Shown in pieces: positions 47,000 through 57,286 of a DNA stretch of 64,000 nucleotides (the stretch's first letter is position 1; every line of letters starts with the position of its first letter). Below the pieces are notes generated by a model that was given only the letters and a program-made list of their open reading frames with translations, ran no database searches and was not told the DNA's origin. The stretch is from Trueperaceae bacterium. Its GTDB lineage: Bacteria; Deinococcota; Deinococci; Deinococcales; Trueperaceae. The DNA lies in assembly GCA_965213705.1 (NCBI GenBank), contig OZ243913.1, positions 1,344,001 through 1,408,000 on the forward strand. Direction: 5' to 3'. The position numbers and the translations under genes were made by a program.

Positions 47000-49924
47000 T
47001 CAATCCTTGGGCTTGACCGCCTCGGCCAGCACCTCAACGACGTGTTTGGCGCGTTTGCCGGTGCCGTCCTTAATTTGGTGGCGGCAACTGAAGCCACAAG
47101 CCACGACGTCGCCCGTGTGTTCGCGCGCCGCCGGGAACAGACGCCGTTCGCCAATTGCCATCGACACGTCGTAGTGGCTGTAGCCGAACGACCCCGCCAT
47201 GCCGCAGCAGCCCGAATCGACCTCGGCGACGTTGTCGGACGCCCAGCCGAGCACCGCCTTCGACGGGGCCGAACCGATGACGGCGCGCTGTTGGCAGTGG
47301 CCGTGGAACAAGACGGGGGCGCTGTCGGTTTTGAAAGCCTGCGTGGGCTCGAGCCGCCCACCGCTCCACTCTTTCGCCAAAAACTGGTCTATCATCTTGA
47401 CGTTGTCGGACACCGCGTTCGTCTTGTCGCCGGAGATGAGGTCGCGGTAGTCGTCTTGGAAAGCGGTCACGCAACTGGGCTCGAGGCCCACAATAGGCAC
47501 GCCCCGTTTGGAATAGGTGTGGAGCGCGTTGACGTTTTTATGCGCTAGCCGCTTCGCCTCTTTCAGCAACCCTTTCGAGAGAAGGGTGCGCCCGCAGCAC
47601 TGGTAGTCGATAACTTCGACGTGGTAACCGAGGGCTTGGAGCACCTTGAGGGCAGCCCCGCCGACCTCGGGTTCGTGGTACATCGTCCAGGTGTCAGCGA
47701 ACAGGGCGACGGTCGGTTGCGACGGTTCGGTTTTGGCGCGCGGCGGGCGTTCGCGCACAAGGGCGTCGAAGGCCTGTTTGGCGTAAAGCGGCATCGTCCG
47801 GCGGCGGTCGACGCCGAGCGTTTTCTCGGTCGCCCAACGGAAGAGTTTGGTGGGCAAGACTTTGTTGGCTAAGGGAGACATCATCCGGCCCAGCGGCGCG
47901 GTTTTGTACACTTCACCAAAAGCCCGCACCGGCAGCGGCGTGCCGTGCTCGTCGTAGTAGTGTTGCAAAAACTCGTACTTGATTTTCGCCATGTCTACTT
48001 GGCTCGGACACTCGGCCTTGCAGGCCTTGCACTCGAGGCACAAGTCCAGCACTTCGTAAACCTCGTGACTCGTCAAGCCGCCGGGCAGCCGCCCGTTCAT
48101 CGCCTCGCGCAAGATGTTGGCGCGGCCCCTCGTTGAGTGGTCCTCGTCCCTGGTCGCCATGTACGACGGGCACATCGTCCCGGTCGTCGTTTTGCGGCAA
48201 GCCCCGACGCCGGTACACATCTCGATGGCCCCCAAAAAGCCGCCGTCCTTCGAAAAGTCGAAGTAGGTGTTGACCGGGTCGACTGCGTAGTCGACGCCGT
48301 AGCGCAAACTCTCGGTCATGGCTGGCGCGTCGACGATTTTGCCGGGGTTCATCAGCCCTTTGGGGTCGAAAGCGCGTTTGATGGCGCGGAAATCTTCGTA
48401 GAGCGTTTCCCCGAACAACTTTTCGTTTTGGTACGAGCGGATAAGGCCGTCGCCGTGCTCGCCGCTCCAGGAGCCGCCGTACTTTTGCACCAGTGCGAAC
48501 ACCTCTTCGCTGATGCTCTGAAACGTCTCGATGCCGCGCTCGGTTTTCAGGTCCAGGTGTGGGCGGCAGTGAATCACCCCGACCGAGGCGTGCGCGTAGA
48601 TGACCGCGTGGACGCCGTGCCGTTTGCAAACTTCCAACACTTCGGGGATGTAGTAGGGGAGGTTTTCGACCGGAATCGCCGAGTCTTCGATAAAGGGGGT
48701 CGGTTTCTCGTCGCCCTTCACCGTTGCGTAGATGCCCAGGCCGCCGCGCCGGAACTCCAGGACCTCGTGTTGCTCTTTGGCATCGAAAGCGAGGTGCGTG
48801 GCGTAGCTCAGGGCTTGCACGTCGGCGTCGGCCTGCAGGCCGGTAAGCCCCAACAACATCTCCGCTTCGGTCTCCCCGTCGAACTCGACCATGAGGACGG
48901 CGGCGGGTTCGCCTTGCAGCCAGCTCAACAGCGGCGCTAGGTTCGGGTTCTGCCGACCCAGGTCGAAGAGCACGTCGTCCATGAGTTCGACCGCCGACGG
49001 CCCATGTTTGTTGACGTACTGCACCGCCGTCAGCGCAGAGACGAGCGAGTCGAAGTGCAGCAGTGCCAGACAGCGGTGCTTCGGGACAGGCTCGAGCTTC
49101 AAAGTCACGTCCAAGATAAACGCCAGCGTCCCCTCCGACCCCGCGACGAGCTTGGCGAGGTTGAAGGGTTTGCCGTTTGTGAACTCGTCTAAGTTGTAGC
49201 CGCCCACGCGCCGCATCACCTTGGGGAAACGCGCCTCTATTTCGTCCGCGTGCTCGGTGACGACGCGCTGCACCGCGCGGTAGGCGTCGCCCTCGATTCC
49301 CGGTTGCTCGAGCTTTTCCCGCAACTCCTCGCCATTCACCTCACCGAGTTCGGCCACGCTGCCGTCGGCGAACATCACCGTCATGCTCTTCACCGCGTCG
49401 ACCGACTTGCCGTACTTGATGGAGCGCGTCCCCGCCGAATTGTTCGCGACCATGCCGCCGACGTTGGCGCGGTTGGTGGTCGAGATATCGGGCGTGAACT
49501 GCAAGTCGTAGGGCTTCAAAAACAAGTTGAGGTTGTCGCGCACCACGCCGGGCTGCACCCTGACGGTCCGCTTTTCGGGTGAGAATTCCAAAATCTCGGT
49601 CATGTATTTTGAGAAGTCGAGGACGACGGCCGCGCCGACCGTTTGCCCCGCCAAACTTGTGCCGCCGCCGCGGGGCAACAGCGGCAACTCGTAGCGATTG
49701 GCAATCTCGACAGTTTGCCGCACGTCGTGAACCGTTTTGGGCAACACGACGCCGTAGGGTTGAATCTCGTAGGGCGAAGCGTCGGTCGCGTAGAGGGCTC
49801 GAGCGCGCTCATCGAAACGGACCTCGCCCGAGACTTTCCACTTCAGTTCGTTGGCAACGCGGGTCAGCAGTTCGGGGTCGGGCAGGGGGGTGTGGGGCAG
49901 GGCTCGAGCGGGGGGTTGAATCAT
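47000..49924 (-). CDS. FAD-linked oxidase fused to Fe-S/CCG domains (YdiJ/GlcD-F-like 2-hydroxyacid dehydrogenase)
   Basis: PRGGGTS.AGQ, GSEGTL, GEHGDG, CTGVGAC, CLECKAC..ECP, CCG motifs. Confidence 0.92.
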   Translation of the reverse strand: MIQPPARALPHTPLPDPELLTRVANELKWKVSGEVRFDERARALYATDASPYEIQPYGVVLPKTVHDVRQTVEIANRYELPLLPRGGGTSLAGQTVGAAVVLDFSKYMTEILEFSPEKRTVRVQPGVVRDNLNLFLKPYDLQFTPDISTTNRANVGGMVANNSAGTRSIKYGKSVDAVKSMTVMFADGSVAELGEVNGEELREKLEQPGIEGDAYRAVQRVVTEHADEIEARFPKVMRRVGGYNLDEFTNGKPFNLAKLVAGSEGTLAFILDVTLKLEPVPKHRCLALLHFDSLVSALTAVQYVNKHGPSAVELMDDVLFDLGRQNPNLAPLLSWLQGEPAAVLMVEFDGETEAEMLLGLTGLQADADVQALSYATHLAFDAKEQHEVLEFRRGGLGIYATVKGDEKPTPFIEDSAIPVENLPYYIPEVLEVCKRHGVHAVIYAHASVGVIHCRPHLDLKTERGIETFQSISEEVFALVQKYGGSWSGEHGDGLIRSYQNEKLFGETLYEDFRAIKRAFDPKGLMNPGKIVDAPAMTESLRYGVDYAVDPVNTYFDFSKDGGFLGAIEMCTGVGACRKTTTGTMCPSYMATRDEDHSTRGRANILREAMNGRLPGGLTSHEVYEVLDLCLECKACKAECPSQVDMAKIKYEFLQHYYDEHGTPLPVRAFGEVYKTAPLGRMMSPLANKVLPTKLFRWATEKTLGVDRRRTMPLYAKQAFDALVRERPPRAKTEPSQPTVALFADTWTMYHEPEVGGAALKVLQALGYHVEVIDYQCCGRTLLSKGLLKEAKRLAHKNVNALHTYSKRGVPIVGLEPSCVTAFQDDYRDLISGDKTNAVSDNVKMIDQFLAKEWSGGRLEPTQAFKTDSAPVLFHGHCQQRAVIGSAPSKAVLGWASDNVAEVDSGCCGMAGSFGYSHYDVSMAIGERRLFPAAREHTGDVVACGFSCRHQIKDGTGKRAKHVVEVLAEAVKPKD

Positions 49925-50263
49925 CTTGTACCCAGTATCGCACGGGTTTTTGTTTGGGTGCGGCGGGTTGTCTTACAAGTTGATAGGGGAGAGGAAAAGT
50001 AGGGGATGGCTCGAGTTGTTGAGTTAACTTGCGATATTTTGGCGCTTCCTGCTCTTTAACTCGCCAGAGAGCGCTTTTCGTGAAGGCCAATAAAATCTAG
50101 CGTATAGTAGTGAGATTTTTTGGTACTCTGGCTTAACCATTTTGTTTGAATCATTTGTCTGACCTTGTTGAAAAATGGAGATGATTGCTTTGTGCAATTT
50201 GCCTGATTTCTCACCAGCAACTTTAGGAAATCTGTGACCGGCTCGGAAAAACATCAGAGAGAA

Positions 50264-50863
50264 ATGAATATTGGCTCTCATATAGCGTGGGCTGCCGCAA
50301 TGTGGTCTTCGGGTGCCCTAGCGCGTGAGCAGAAAAATCATCTGGTTGCCTCAATTGGGTACTATTATTGTGTTTATCACATAGGTTTTGCTCTAATTAA
50401 CACTGACTATTCATTCCACTTTGATGATATGCGGCAAATAAAGCATAACAAGGTTGAAAAGTGGCTGAAAAATCATCTAGATTCTCACGATAACGGTGAT
50501 TACAAAATGTTGAGGTTTGTTAGAGAAAACATCAACTATTTAGGAATGGAGTCGTCTGAACGAAAATTAAGAGTCGTAAGAGGTCATCCATTTGGTTATG
50601 ACCTAAACAATCAAAAAATACCATTTGATGAAATGATTTTTAAATGTCATGAATCCTCCAGACGTATTTTCCTACTGCTACTTAATGAAATTGAAACATT
50701 TTGCAAGCGGGAATTTTGGCAACCACTCCAATTTGGTAGAGACTACTACATAAGCGAATATTTGGGAGAAGATTTGCTTTTAGGTATATTACCTCGTGAA
50801 AACGGTGGTCAAGAGATTTTTAAAAATTTAGTTCAACTTATCCTCACTGAAGAAAGTGAGTAA
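50264..50863 (+). CDS. Low-GC hypothetical protein, HEPN-like
   Basis: Markedly AT-rich; YYCVYH, IKH, LR..RE..NY resemble the HEPN (UPF0332-type) pattern. Confidence 0.55.
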   Translation: MNIGSHIAWAAAMWSSGALAREQKNHLVASIGYYYCVYHIGFALINTDYSFHFDDMRQIKHNKVEKWLKNHLDSHDNGDYKMLRFVRENINYLGMESSERKLRVVRGHPFGYDLNNQKIPFDEMIFKCHESSRRIFLLLLNEIETFCKREFWQPLQFGRDYYISEYLGEDLLLGILPRENGGQEIFKNLVQLILTEESE

Positions 50864-51162
50864 AGCGTCGCAAGAGATTTGGGCTCGTCCTGCTCAAAAT
50901 GGAAAGTAGGTTGTTACCAAACTCTCAGTCGTCACCGAACAGGATGCCCACCGTCGCGGCGAACGAAGCGTCGTCCAAGTGCCGGTAGGCGTTTACAAAG
51001 GTTTGCAGTTTGGAACTCGAGGCCGAAGTTGCACCTCACAGCGGCGTCGTGGTAGCTTCTCTTTCTGCCTTTGCGGTTCGGCCCCGTCTTTTCCAGCTTG
51101 TTTCACCCGCTAATCGTTTCGACGGTGTGGCCCTGAGCCGCCCGCTACCTCTCGAGGATTCC

Positions 51163-51954
51163 ATGAGGCTGTTCTGGGAAATCGTTCGGCGCTCGTTTCG
51201 CCGCCACCTCACCTACCGGGCGGCGGCGCTGGCCGGACTGGTCACCAACATCTTTTTCGGGTTGGTCCGCGCCGCCGTGCTTGTGGCCCTTTACGGGAAC
51301 CGCGAAGTGGTCGAAGGCCTCGACGTGCAAGCAGTCGTCACCTACACCGGGCTGACCCAGGCTGTCATCGTTTATTTGAGCATCTTCGGTTGGTACGACC
51401 TCATGAACGCGGTTCACCAGGGCGACGTCGGCGCGGACTTGCTCAAACCCATGCGCCTGTTTACGTTTTGGCTGGCGCAGGACCTGGGCCGCGCGCTCGT
51501 CGGGCTCGCGCTGCGCGGCTTAACTATCATGCTGGTTTACGCGCTGCTGTTCGACATCGTCTACCCGAACAGTCTGGCGCAGTGGGGGGCGCTCGCCCTC
51601 GCTCTCGGCCTGAGCTGGTTGTTGTCGTTCGCGTACCGTTTTCTGGTCAATTTGGCCGCCTTTTGGTCGCCGGACGCGCGGGGCGTCGGCCGCTTCGCCT
51701 TTGTCATCGTCATGTTTTTTTCGGGCTTTTTGATGCCGCTGCGCTTTTTCCCCAACTGGGTGCAGCGTGTAGCTTACCTGACGCCGTTTCCGCACATGCT
51801 CAACACCGTCGTCGAGGTTTATTTGGGCGTGGTGACGGGGCCGGCCTTGGTTGAGGCGTTGGTGGCGCAAGCCTTGTGGGCTCTCGGTTTGGTCGCCGTT
51901 TGTCAGTTTGTCTTAAGCAGAGCCACTCGGCGACTCGTGATTTTGGGAGGCTGA
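51163..51954 (+). CDS. ABC-2 family permease
   Basis: YR.A, G.V..DLLKP, FSG...PL.FFP.W..PF; ATG 51163 after GAGG. Confidence 0.88.
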   Translation: MRLFWEIVRRSFRRHLTYRAAALAGLVTNIFFGLVRAAVLVALYGNREVVEGLDVQAVVTYTGLTQAVIVYLSIFGWYDLMNAVHQGDVGADLLKPMRLFTFWLAQDLGRALVGLALRGLTIMLVYALLFDIVYPNSLAQWGALALALGLSWLLSFAYRFLVNLAAFWSPDARGVGRFAFVIVMFFSGFLMPLRFFPNWVQRVAYLTPFPHMLNTVVEVYLGVVTGPALVEALVAQALWALGLVAVCQFVLSRATRRLVILGG

Positions 51955-52764
51955 GTGCGGCACGTTTTGGGGAGTTACCGGCGTCTGTTGGGCGCGCAAC
52001 TGCGCAGCCAACTTCAATACCGCACCTCGTTCGCGCTCGACCTGCTGGCGACGATGCTCGTCACGTTGACCGAGTTCGGCGCGCTGGCGCTGGTGTTCGA
52101 ACGCTTCGGCGACATTCGGGGTTGGACGCTGGGCGAGGTGGCGTTTTTGTATGGCCTGGTCGAGTTGTCGTTCGGGCTCATGGACATGGTCTTTGCGGGC
52201 TTCGACCCTATGCGCTTCGGGCAAGAGGTGCGCAAGGGAACCTTCGACCGTTTGCTGCTGCGCCCCGTCCCCGTGACCTGGCAGGTGCTGGGTTCCGACG
52301 TGACGTTGCGGCGGCTCGGCCGGATAGCGCTGGGCGTCGGCATCTTCACGCTCGCGCTGAACCTGAACCCGGTGGCCTGGACCTTAACAAAACTGCTGTA
52401 TCTGCCGCTGGTCGTGCTCGGCATGGTGCTGTTTTTCGGCGGGCTCTTTATCATCGGCGCGACCGCGACCTTTTGGACGGTCGAGTCGTTTGAGGCCATG
52501 AACATCCTCACCTACGGCGGCAGCTACCTCATCTCTTACCCGATGAACATTTACCAGGACTGGCTCAGGCGCATCTTCACCTTCGTGGTGCCGGCCATCT
52601 TCCTAAACTACTACCCGGCCCTGTACTTTTTGGACAAACCCGACCCGCTCGGCTTTCCGGCTTTTGCGCCCTTTGTCGCGCCCGTGGCGGGGGGCATCGT
52701 TTTCGGCGTTGCACTTTTGTTCTGGCGGTTCGGCCTCAAGCACTACCACAGCACCGGGAGTTGA
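51955..52764 (+). CDS. ABC-2 family permease
   Basis: QYR.SF, GW, G.FD..LLRP, YP..IY, Y.STGS. Confidence 0.88.
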   Translation: MRHVLGSYRRLLGAQLRSQLQYRTSFALDLLATMLVTLTEFGALALVFERFGDIRGWTLGEVAFLYGLVELSFGLMDMVFAGFDPMRFGQEVRKGTFDRLLLRPVPVTWQVLGSDVTLRRLGRIALGVGIFTLALNLNPVAWTLTKLLYLPLVVLGMVLFFGGLFIIGATATFWTVESFEAMNILTYGGSYLISYPMNIYQDWLRRIFTFVVPAIFLNYYPALYFLDKPDPLGFPAFAPFVAPVAGGIVFGVALLFWRFGLKHYHSTGS

Positions 52765-53756
52765 CGATGATAGAGGTTCACAGCCTGAGCAAGCACTTTC
52801 ATTTGCGCGTCCGTCACGAAGGACGATTCGCCGCGCTGCGCGACTTTTTCAGCCGGGACACGCGCACGCTCAAGGCGGTCGACGAGGTGAGTTTTACTGT
52901 TGCCAAGGGCGAGGTCGTCGGATACCTGGGGCCGAACGGGGCGGGCAAGTCCACCACCCTCAAGATGTTGACCGGGTTGCTCGTGCCGACCGGCGGTCAC
53001 GTAACGGTCAACGGCTACGTTCCGTGGGCGTCGCGGCGCAGCTACGTGGCGCACATCGGCGCGGTGTTCGGGCAGCGCACCACGCTGTGGTGGGACTTGC
53101 CGGTCATCGAATCCCTAGAATTGCTGAGGTACATCTACCGCGTGCCGGAAAAAACGTTCAAGGACAACTTGAAGGAGTTTGAAAAGGTGCTCGAGCTGCG
53201 CGAATTTTTACACGCGCCGGTGCGCACCCTGTCGCTCGGCCAGCGGATGCGCGCCGACCTCTGCGCCGCGCTGCTCCACAATCCCAAATTACTGTTTTTG
53301 GACGAGCCGACCATCGGGTTGGACGTCGTCGCCAAAGAGCGCATCCGGCAGTTTATAAAGCACGTCAACGCTCGCCGAGAAACTACCGTACTGCTCACCA
53401 CCCACGACCTCGCCGACGTGCAAAAGCTGTGTCCGCGGGTGCTGATTATCGACCACGGCAAGCTGCTCTACGACGGCTCTTTGAGCGAGTTGCAAACGCG
53501 CTTCGGGGGGCACTGGCACCTGGAAGTGGACTTCGGCGAGGTTTACGCCGACGTGTCGGTCGAGGGAGCGAAAGTAGTCCGCCACGCGGGTCTGCGCGCC
53601 GTCTACGCCTTCGACCGGCAACGTTTGAGCGCTTCGGACCTTATCGGTCGACTCTCGCAACGCTACAGCCTGCGCGACATCTCGGTGAACGCGCCGGACG
53701 CCGAGGCGACCATCCGGCGCATCTACGAGGAGAAATTGTTGGTGAACGGCGCGTAG
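52761..53756 (+). CDS. ABC transporter ATP-binding protein
   Basis: GPNGAGKST, FGQR..LWWDLP, LSLGQRMR, LDEPTIGLD. Confidence 0.93.
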   Translation: MTMIEVHSLSKHFHLRVRHEGRFAALRDFFSRDTRTLKAVDEVSFTVAKGEVVGYLGPNGAGKSTTLKMLTGLLVPTGGHVTVNGYVPWASRRSYVAHIGAVFGQRTTLWWDLPVIESLELLRYIYRVPEKTFKDNLKEFEKVLELREFLHAPVRTLSLGQRMRADLCAALLHNPKLLFLDEPTIGLDVVAKERIRQFIKHVNARRETTVLLTTHDLADVQKLCPRVLIIDHGKLLYDGSLSELQTRFGGHWHLEVDFGEVYADVSVEGAKVVRHAGLRAVYAFDRQRLSASDLIGRLSQRYSLRDISVNAPDAEATIRRIYEEKLLVNGA

Positions 53757-53779
53757 GTTTTGCAGCTACCGCAACCCTC

Positions 53780-53839
53780 AAACCTGCACGGAGCGCGTTG
53801 TCTTAAACAGATTCAGACTGTGACGTGACAAAACTATTT
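53780..53839 (+). repeat. 60-bp dispersed repeat, copy 1
   Basis: 50 of 60 positions identical, ungapped, to the reverse complement of 60325-60384. Confidence 0.85.
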
Positions 53840-54043
53840 CGGGATTGCTCAGGCTTTTCACAAGTTGCCCCCGAAGCCGACCCGTTTCAAACGGGCGTCG
53901 CTGAACTTTTTGTGAATCGGCACCAGTAGTTATCAAGATACCAGTGGTTCAAGGTGCCAGTGGTTCGTCAGTAGGTCGAGGCGAACGCCGGTCTGTGCCG
54001 TGGGGCGCTGCTCTTGCCGGCGGCGACGGGCTAGGCTTGCAGG

Positions 54044-54472
54044 GTGACGCTCCTGCTCAACGCGGCCGCCACCTTGTTCATGACCGGGCTTATCTGGTTC
54101 GTGCAGGTCGTGCACTACCCGCTTTTCGACGCTGTGGGGTCCGAAGCGTTCGTACGGTACGAGGCGCGGCACGCCGACCTCACGACGCTGGTCGTCGTCG
54201 CGCCGATGCTGCTCGAGCTTGTCACAGCCGGGCTGCTGGTGTGGCACCGCCCGTCCCTGCTGCCCGCTTGGGAAGCCTGGCTGGGCGCGGCCTTGGTCGG
54301 CCTTCTCTGGTTTTCGACGGCCTTTTTGCAGGTGCCGCGCCACGGCGACTTGGCCCAAGGCTTCGACGCGTCGGCGCACGCGGCGCTCGTTGCGACAAAC
54401 TGGCTACGGACCGCCGCCTGGACGTTGCGCTCGGGGTTGGTGCTCGTGTGGCTGGCTCGAGCCCTGGTTTGA
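54044..54472 (+). CDS. Conserved 4-TM membrane protein
   Basis: MTGLIWFVQVVHYP, PMLLE, QVP.H, NW.RT..W; TAGGCT-N6-GTG. Confidence 0.8.
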   Translation: MTLLLNAAATLFMTGLIWFVQVVHYPLFDAVGSEAFVRYEARHADLTTLVVVAPMLLELVTAGLLVWHRPSLLPAWEAWLGAALVGLLWFSTAFLQVPRHGDLAQGFDASAHAALVATNWLRTAAWTLRSGLVLVWLARALV

Positions 54473-54537
54473 TTTAGCTCGAGAGTTCGGTTCAGCGCTC
54501 AGGGCGGACGGCCTGGCTTGTTGACGGTGATTTCGGC

Positions 54538-55593
54538 TCAAGTCACAAAAAACTCATGGGGGGGCGAGGTTTGTCGCAACGCGGTCAGCGCGTCTTCGGT
54601 AAGAACTGTTCCGGCCTCCTGAAAGCCCAAAACGACCGCGCCGAAAACGGGCTCGAGCCGACCCCAGGACACGCTCAGTCCCGGTGCGTCGCGCTTCACG
54701 CGGGCGACGAGGGCGTCCGCTAAGAGCGGCGAAGGGTGTTTGAAAACCCCGCCGCTCAAGACGAGGCTGAAGGGCAGCGTTTCGATGCCGACTTGTCGGG
54801 CGGCGACGAGCGCGTAGTCGCCGAGCGCGCTTCCGTGTGCGGCGACGATGGTTTTGGCGGTCGCGTCACCTCGTGCGGCTTCGTTTAAGAGGACCCGCGT
54901 CAGCCGCGTCAGCTTGAGGGGGTCCGGCCGCGCTCGCCCCGTAAAAAAGTAGAGCGCGGATTCGACGGTAGGCTCCTCCAAGGCGTTCAGGGCGGCTTCG
55001 CTGAGCGAGGTCGGCGGGTCGACGCCCAGGTGCGCCCTGCACACGGCTCTCAACGTTTTCAGGGCGAGGTCGTAGCCGCCGCCCGGCTCCTGCCAAAAAC
55101 TGCTGTGCCACAGCTCGCCCTGTACCCCGCGGCTGCTGGTGGCGGTGCCCGTGCCACAGGTTACGCTCACCCCCGGCCCCGTCGGCAACCCGGCGTAAAG
55201 CGCCCCGACGGCGTCGTTGACGACCGTGCGGGGACCGAACTCCTTGACGCTCAAACGACGTTTCAGGTACGCGAAGTCGGCGGGCCAGTCCGCGCCCGAA
55301 AGACTGAACACCGTCCGGCTCAGACGCGCCTGCGGCAAACCCGCGGCCGCCAGCGCTTGCCGGACGGCGGCGCGTACCGCGGCGACGGCCGCCGGGCCCT
55401 CGTCGTAAATATCGCTGGGTCCCGCCCGTCCGGCACCCACCACGTGCCCCCGCGAACTCGCCACCAGCGCGACGGTCTTGCTGCTGCCGCCGTCCACACC
55501 CAGGACGAAGCGTTCGTCAGCCTGGTCTCGGCTGCGGTCTTGGCTGTGGTCTTGAGTGCGGTCTCGAGTGGGGTCTTGGTCGTGGGCGTTCAG
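54538..55593 (-). CDS. BadF/BadG-type N-acetylglucosamine/amino-sugar kinase (probable CTG start)
   Basis: FVLGVDGGSSKT, SGAD, VVND, CGTG, LSGGV; the first beta-strand lies upstream of the ORF-track GTG 55497. Confidence 0.82.
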   Translation of the reverse strand: MNAHDQDPTRDRTQDHSQDRSRDQADERFVLGVDGGSSKTVALVASSRGHVVGAGRAGPSDIYDEGPAAVAAVRAAVRQALAAAGLPQARLSRTVFSLSGADWPADFAYLKRRLSVKEFGPRTVVNDAVGALYAGLPTGPGVSVTCGTGTATSSRGVQGELWHSSFWQEPGGGYDLALKTLRAVCRAHLGVDPPTSLSEAALNALEEPTVESALYFFTGRARPDPLKLTRLTRVLLNEAARGDATAKTIVAAHGSALGDYALVAARQVGIETLPFSLVLSGGVFKHPSPLLADALVARVKRDAPGLSVSWGRLEPVFGAVVLGFQEAGTVLTEDALTALRQTSPPHEFFVT

Positions 55594-56360
55594 GGTTGGG
55601 GCTCCCAGGCGGCTCGGTCGACTAAAACGGTAACGTCGCTCGAGCGCTGCAGGTAAGACGCGGGCACCTCGGGGGTGACGGGTCCTTGTAAAACTTTGTG
55701 GAGAACGTCGTGTTTGTGCGCCCCCGAAACGAGCAGGAGGATTTTTTTCGCCGCCAACAAAACGTTCATGCCCGCCGTCAGGGCTTGTCGGGGCACCCGC
55801 TCCCGCCCGCCCCAGTAGAGCGCGTTGCTTTCCAAGCTCGCTTCGGTTAGGTCGACGACTCGCGTCACGTCGGTGTCCCGCGACGGGGGCTCGTTGAAGC
55901 CTATGTGCCCGTTGGGTCCCAACCCCAAAATCGCCAGGTCGAAGCCGCCTGCGCGCAGGACGGCTTCGTCGTAGGCGTGGCAGGCGGCTTGGAGGTCGCG
56001 GGCGTCGCCCGGCAACCTGACGATTTGGCTAGGGTCCAAGCCAAGGGGTTCGGCGAACGAGCTGCGGGTCCAGCGGTAAAGCGACCTGGGGTCGTCGGGG
56101 GACAGGCCCACATAAGCGTCCAGCTGAAACACCCGGAGCCGACCCGGGTCGAACGCGCCCGCCCTGCGCGCGGCGGCGAGTTCCCGGTAGAGCCCCTGCG
56201 GCGTGTTGCCCGACGCCACGACGACCGCGGCGTCGGGTTGCGTCCTGAAAATTTCAGCGACTGTTTCGGCACCCGCTCGGCTGAGCGCGCCGTAGTCTTT
56301 TTCGACCTGTATCTCGGCGCGCAAGTTCAGGTGGGGTGTGGGGTCGGTGTGACCTTGCAC
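55590..56360 (-). CDS. nagB: Glucosamine-6-phosphate deaminase
   Basis: ASGNTP, FQLD.YVGL, LGLGPNGHIGFNEP, PASYLQ. Confidence 0.88.
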   Translation of the reverse strand: MQGHTDPTPHLNLRAEIQVEKDYGALSRAGAETVAEIFRTQPDAAVVVASGNTPQGLYRELAAARRAGAFDPGRLRVFQLDAYVGLSPDDPRSLYRWTRSSFAEPLGLDPSQIVRLPGDARDLQAACHAYDEAVLRAGGFDLAILGLGPNGHIGFNEPPSRDTDVTRVVDLTEASLESNALYWGGRERVPRQALTAGMNVLLAAKKILLLVSGAHKHDVLHKVLQGPVTPEVPASYLQRSSDVTVLVDRAAWEPQP

Positions 56361-56362
56361 GG

Positions 56363-57286
56363 CTAGCGGCAGCGGCTTTCTAAGTAAGCGGTCATGGCGG
56401 CCTCGACAGGTGTGAGCGCTTTGTAGTCCTTGACGTCTTGGGGCGCGGCGCGAACGACGTTTAAGATGCGCCGGCTGCGTTCACTGTTTTGCGACTCCTC
56501 TTCCAAGCTGCTGTTGTAGGTGTGAATCCCGAAGAGGACGTCGCCGGAACGAGGCAAGCGCGTGAAAGTCTGCCGTTCGACGCGGATAAAAATCTCTTGG
56601 CCCGCCGCTTCGGGGGTCAGCGTGGGGGCGCGCGCCGCAAAGTCGGCCTTGTACGCCGCTTTGTGCCGGGTGGTCAGGTCGAGCTGGTCGGTCAACTTGA
56701 AGTTCCAACTCAGACGCCACAACGTCTTGCCGACTTTCATGCTGTGGAGCAGCCGCCGGCCTGCGTGGACGGACGGCATGGTCACCTGGGGGGTGCGGGT
56801 GTGAATCGTCATAAACGGTTTGCCCAGGCGGTCGGGAATGGCCCAACCGTTGGCAAAGCAGAGCTGGCCGCCGTAAAACTCGGCGTCGCCCCGCCCCCTG
56901 ACCAGCACCAAGTCCTCCTGCACGTGTCGCCCCGCAAAGTCGAGGGGCTCGAGCGCCAGGCTGTCTTCGTCCCCGAAAGTAAACGCCGTCTCTTCACCCA
57001 ACAAACGGTTCGTAAAGTGCCAAGCGTCGCTTTCGCGCACCAGGTCGAAGTGCGGGTAGTGGGCCGCCAAACCGGTAAGGACGAGTTCCAGCACGTCCCA
57101 CTGCGCCGTCAGGGTGGCGTCGCCGCCCGCAAAGTAGTATTCGGGGTCGGACGCCAGCAACCGCCGTTTGAGCGAAACCTCGGTTTTATACGCCTCGTCC
57201 ACGTCACAAAGCGCCTCGCTCGCGCCCAAGGCGCGCCCGTCCATGCCTGCGTCGAAGGTTTCGCCGAAAGGAAAAAAGCGCAACAT
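56363..57286 (-). CDS. DUF3445 / heme-dependent oxidative N-demethylase alpha-subunit-like protein
   Basis: VQEDL, LCF..GW, TIH..P, WR.SW, RVERQT..RLP.SG..LF.IHTY. Confidence 0.85.
   Translation of the reverse strand: MLRFFPFGETFDAGMDGRALGASEALCDVDEAYKTEVSLKRRLLASDPEYYFAGGDATLTAQWDVLELVLTGLAAHYPHFDLVRESDAWHFTNRLLGEETAFTFGDEDSLALEPLDFAGRHVQEDLVLVRGRGDAEFYGGQLCFANGWAIPDRLGKPFMTIHTRTPQVTMPSVHAGRRLLHSMKVGKTLWRLSWNFKLTDQLDLTTRHKAAYKADFAARAPTLTPEAAGQEIFIRVERQTFTRLPRSGDVLFGIHTYNSSLEEESQNSERSRRILNVVRAAPQDVKDYKALTPVEAAMTAYLESRCR

Noticed and set aside
50925..51040. Short minus-strand frame ending FVNAYRHLDDASFAATVGILFGDD*
   Set aside because: May be a gene remnant, but it has no start codon and is too short to assign
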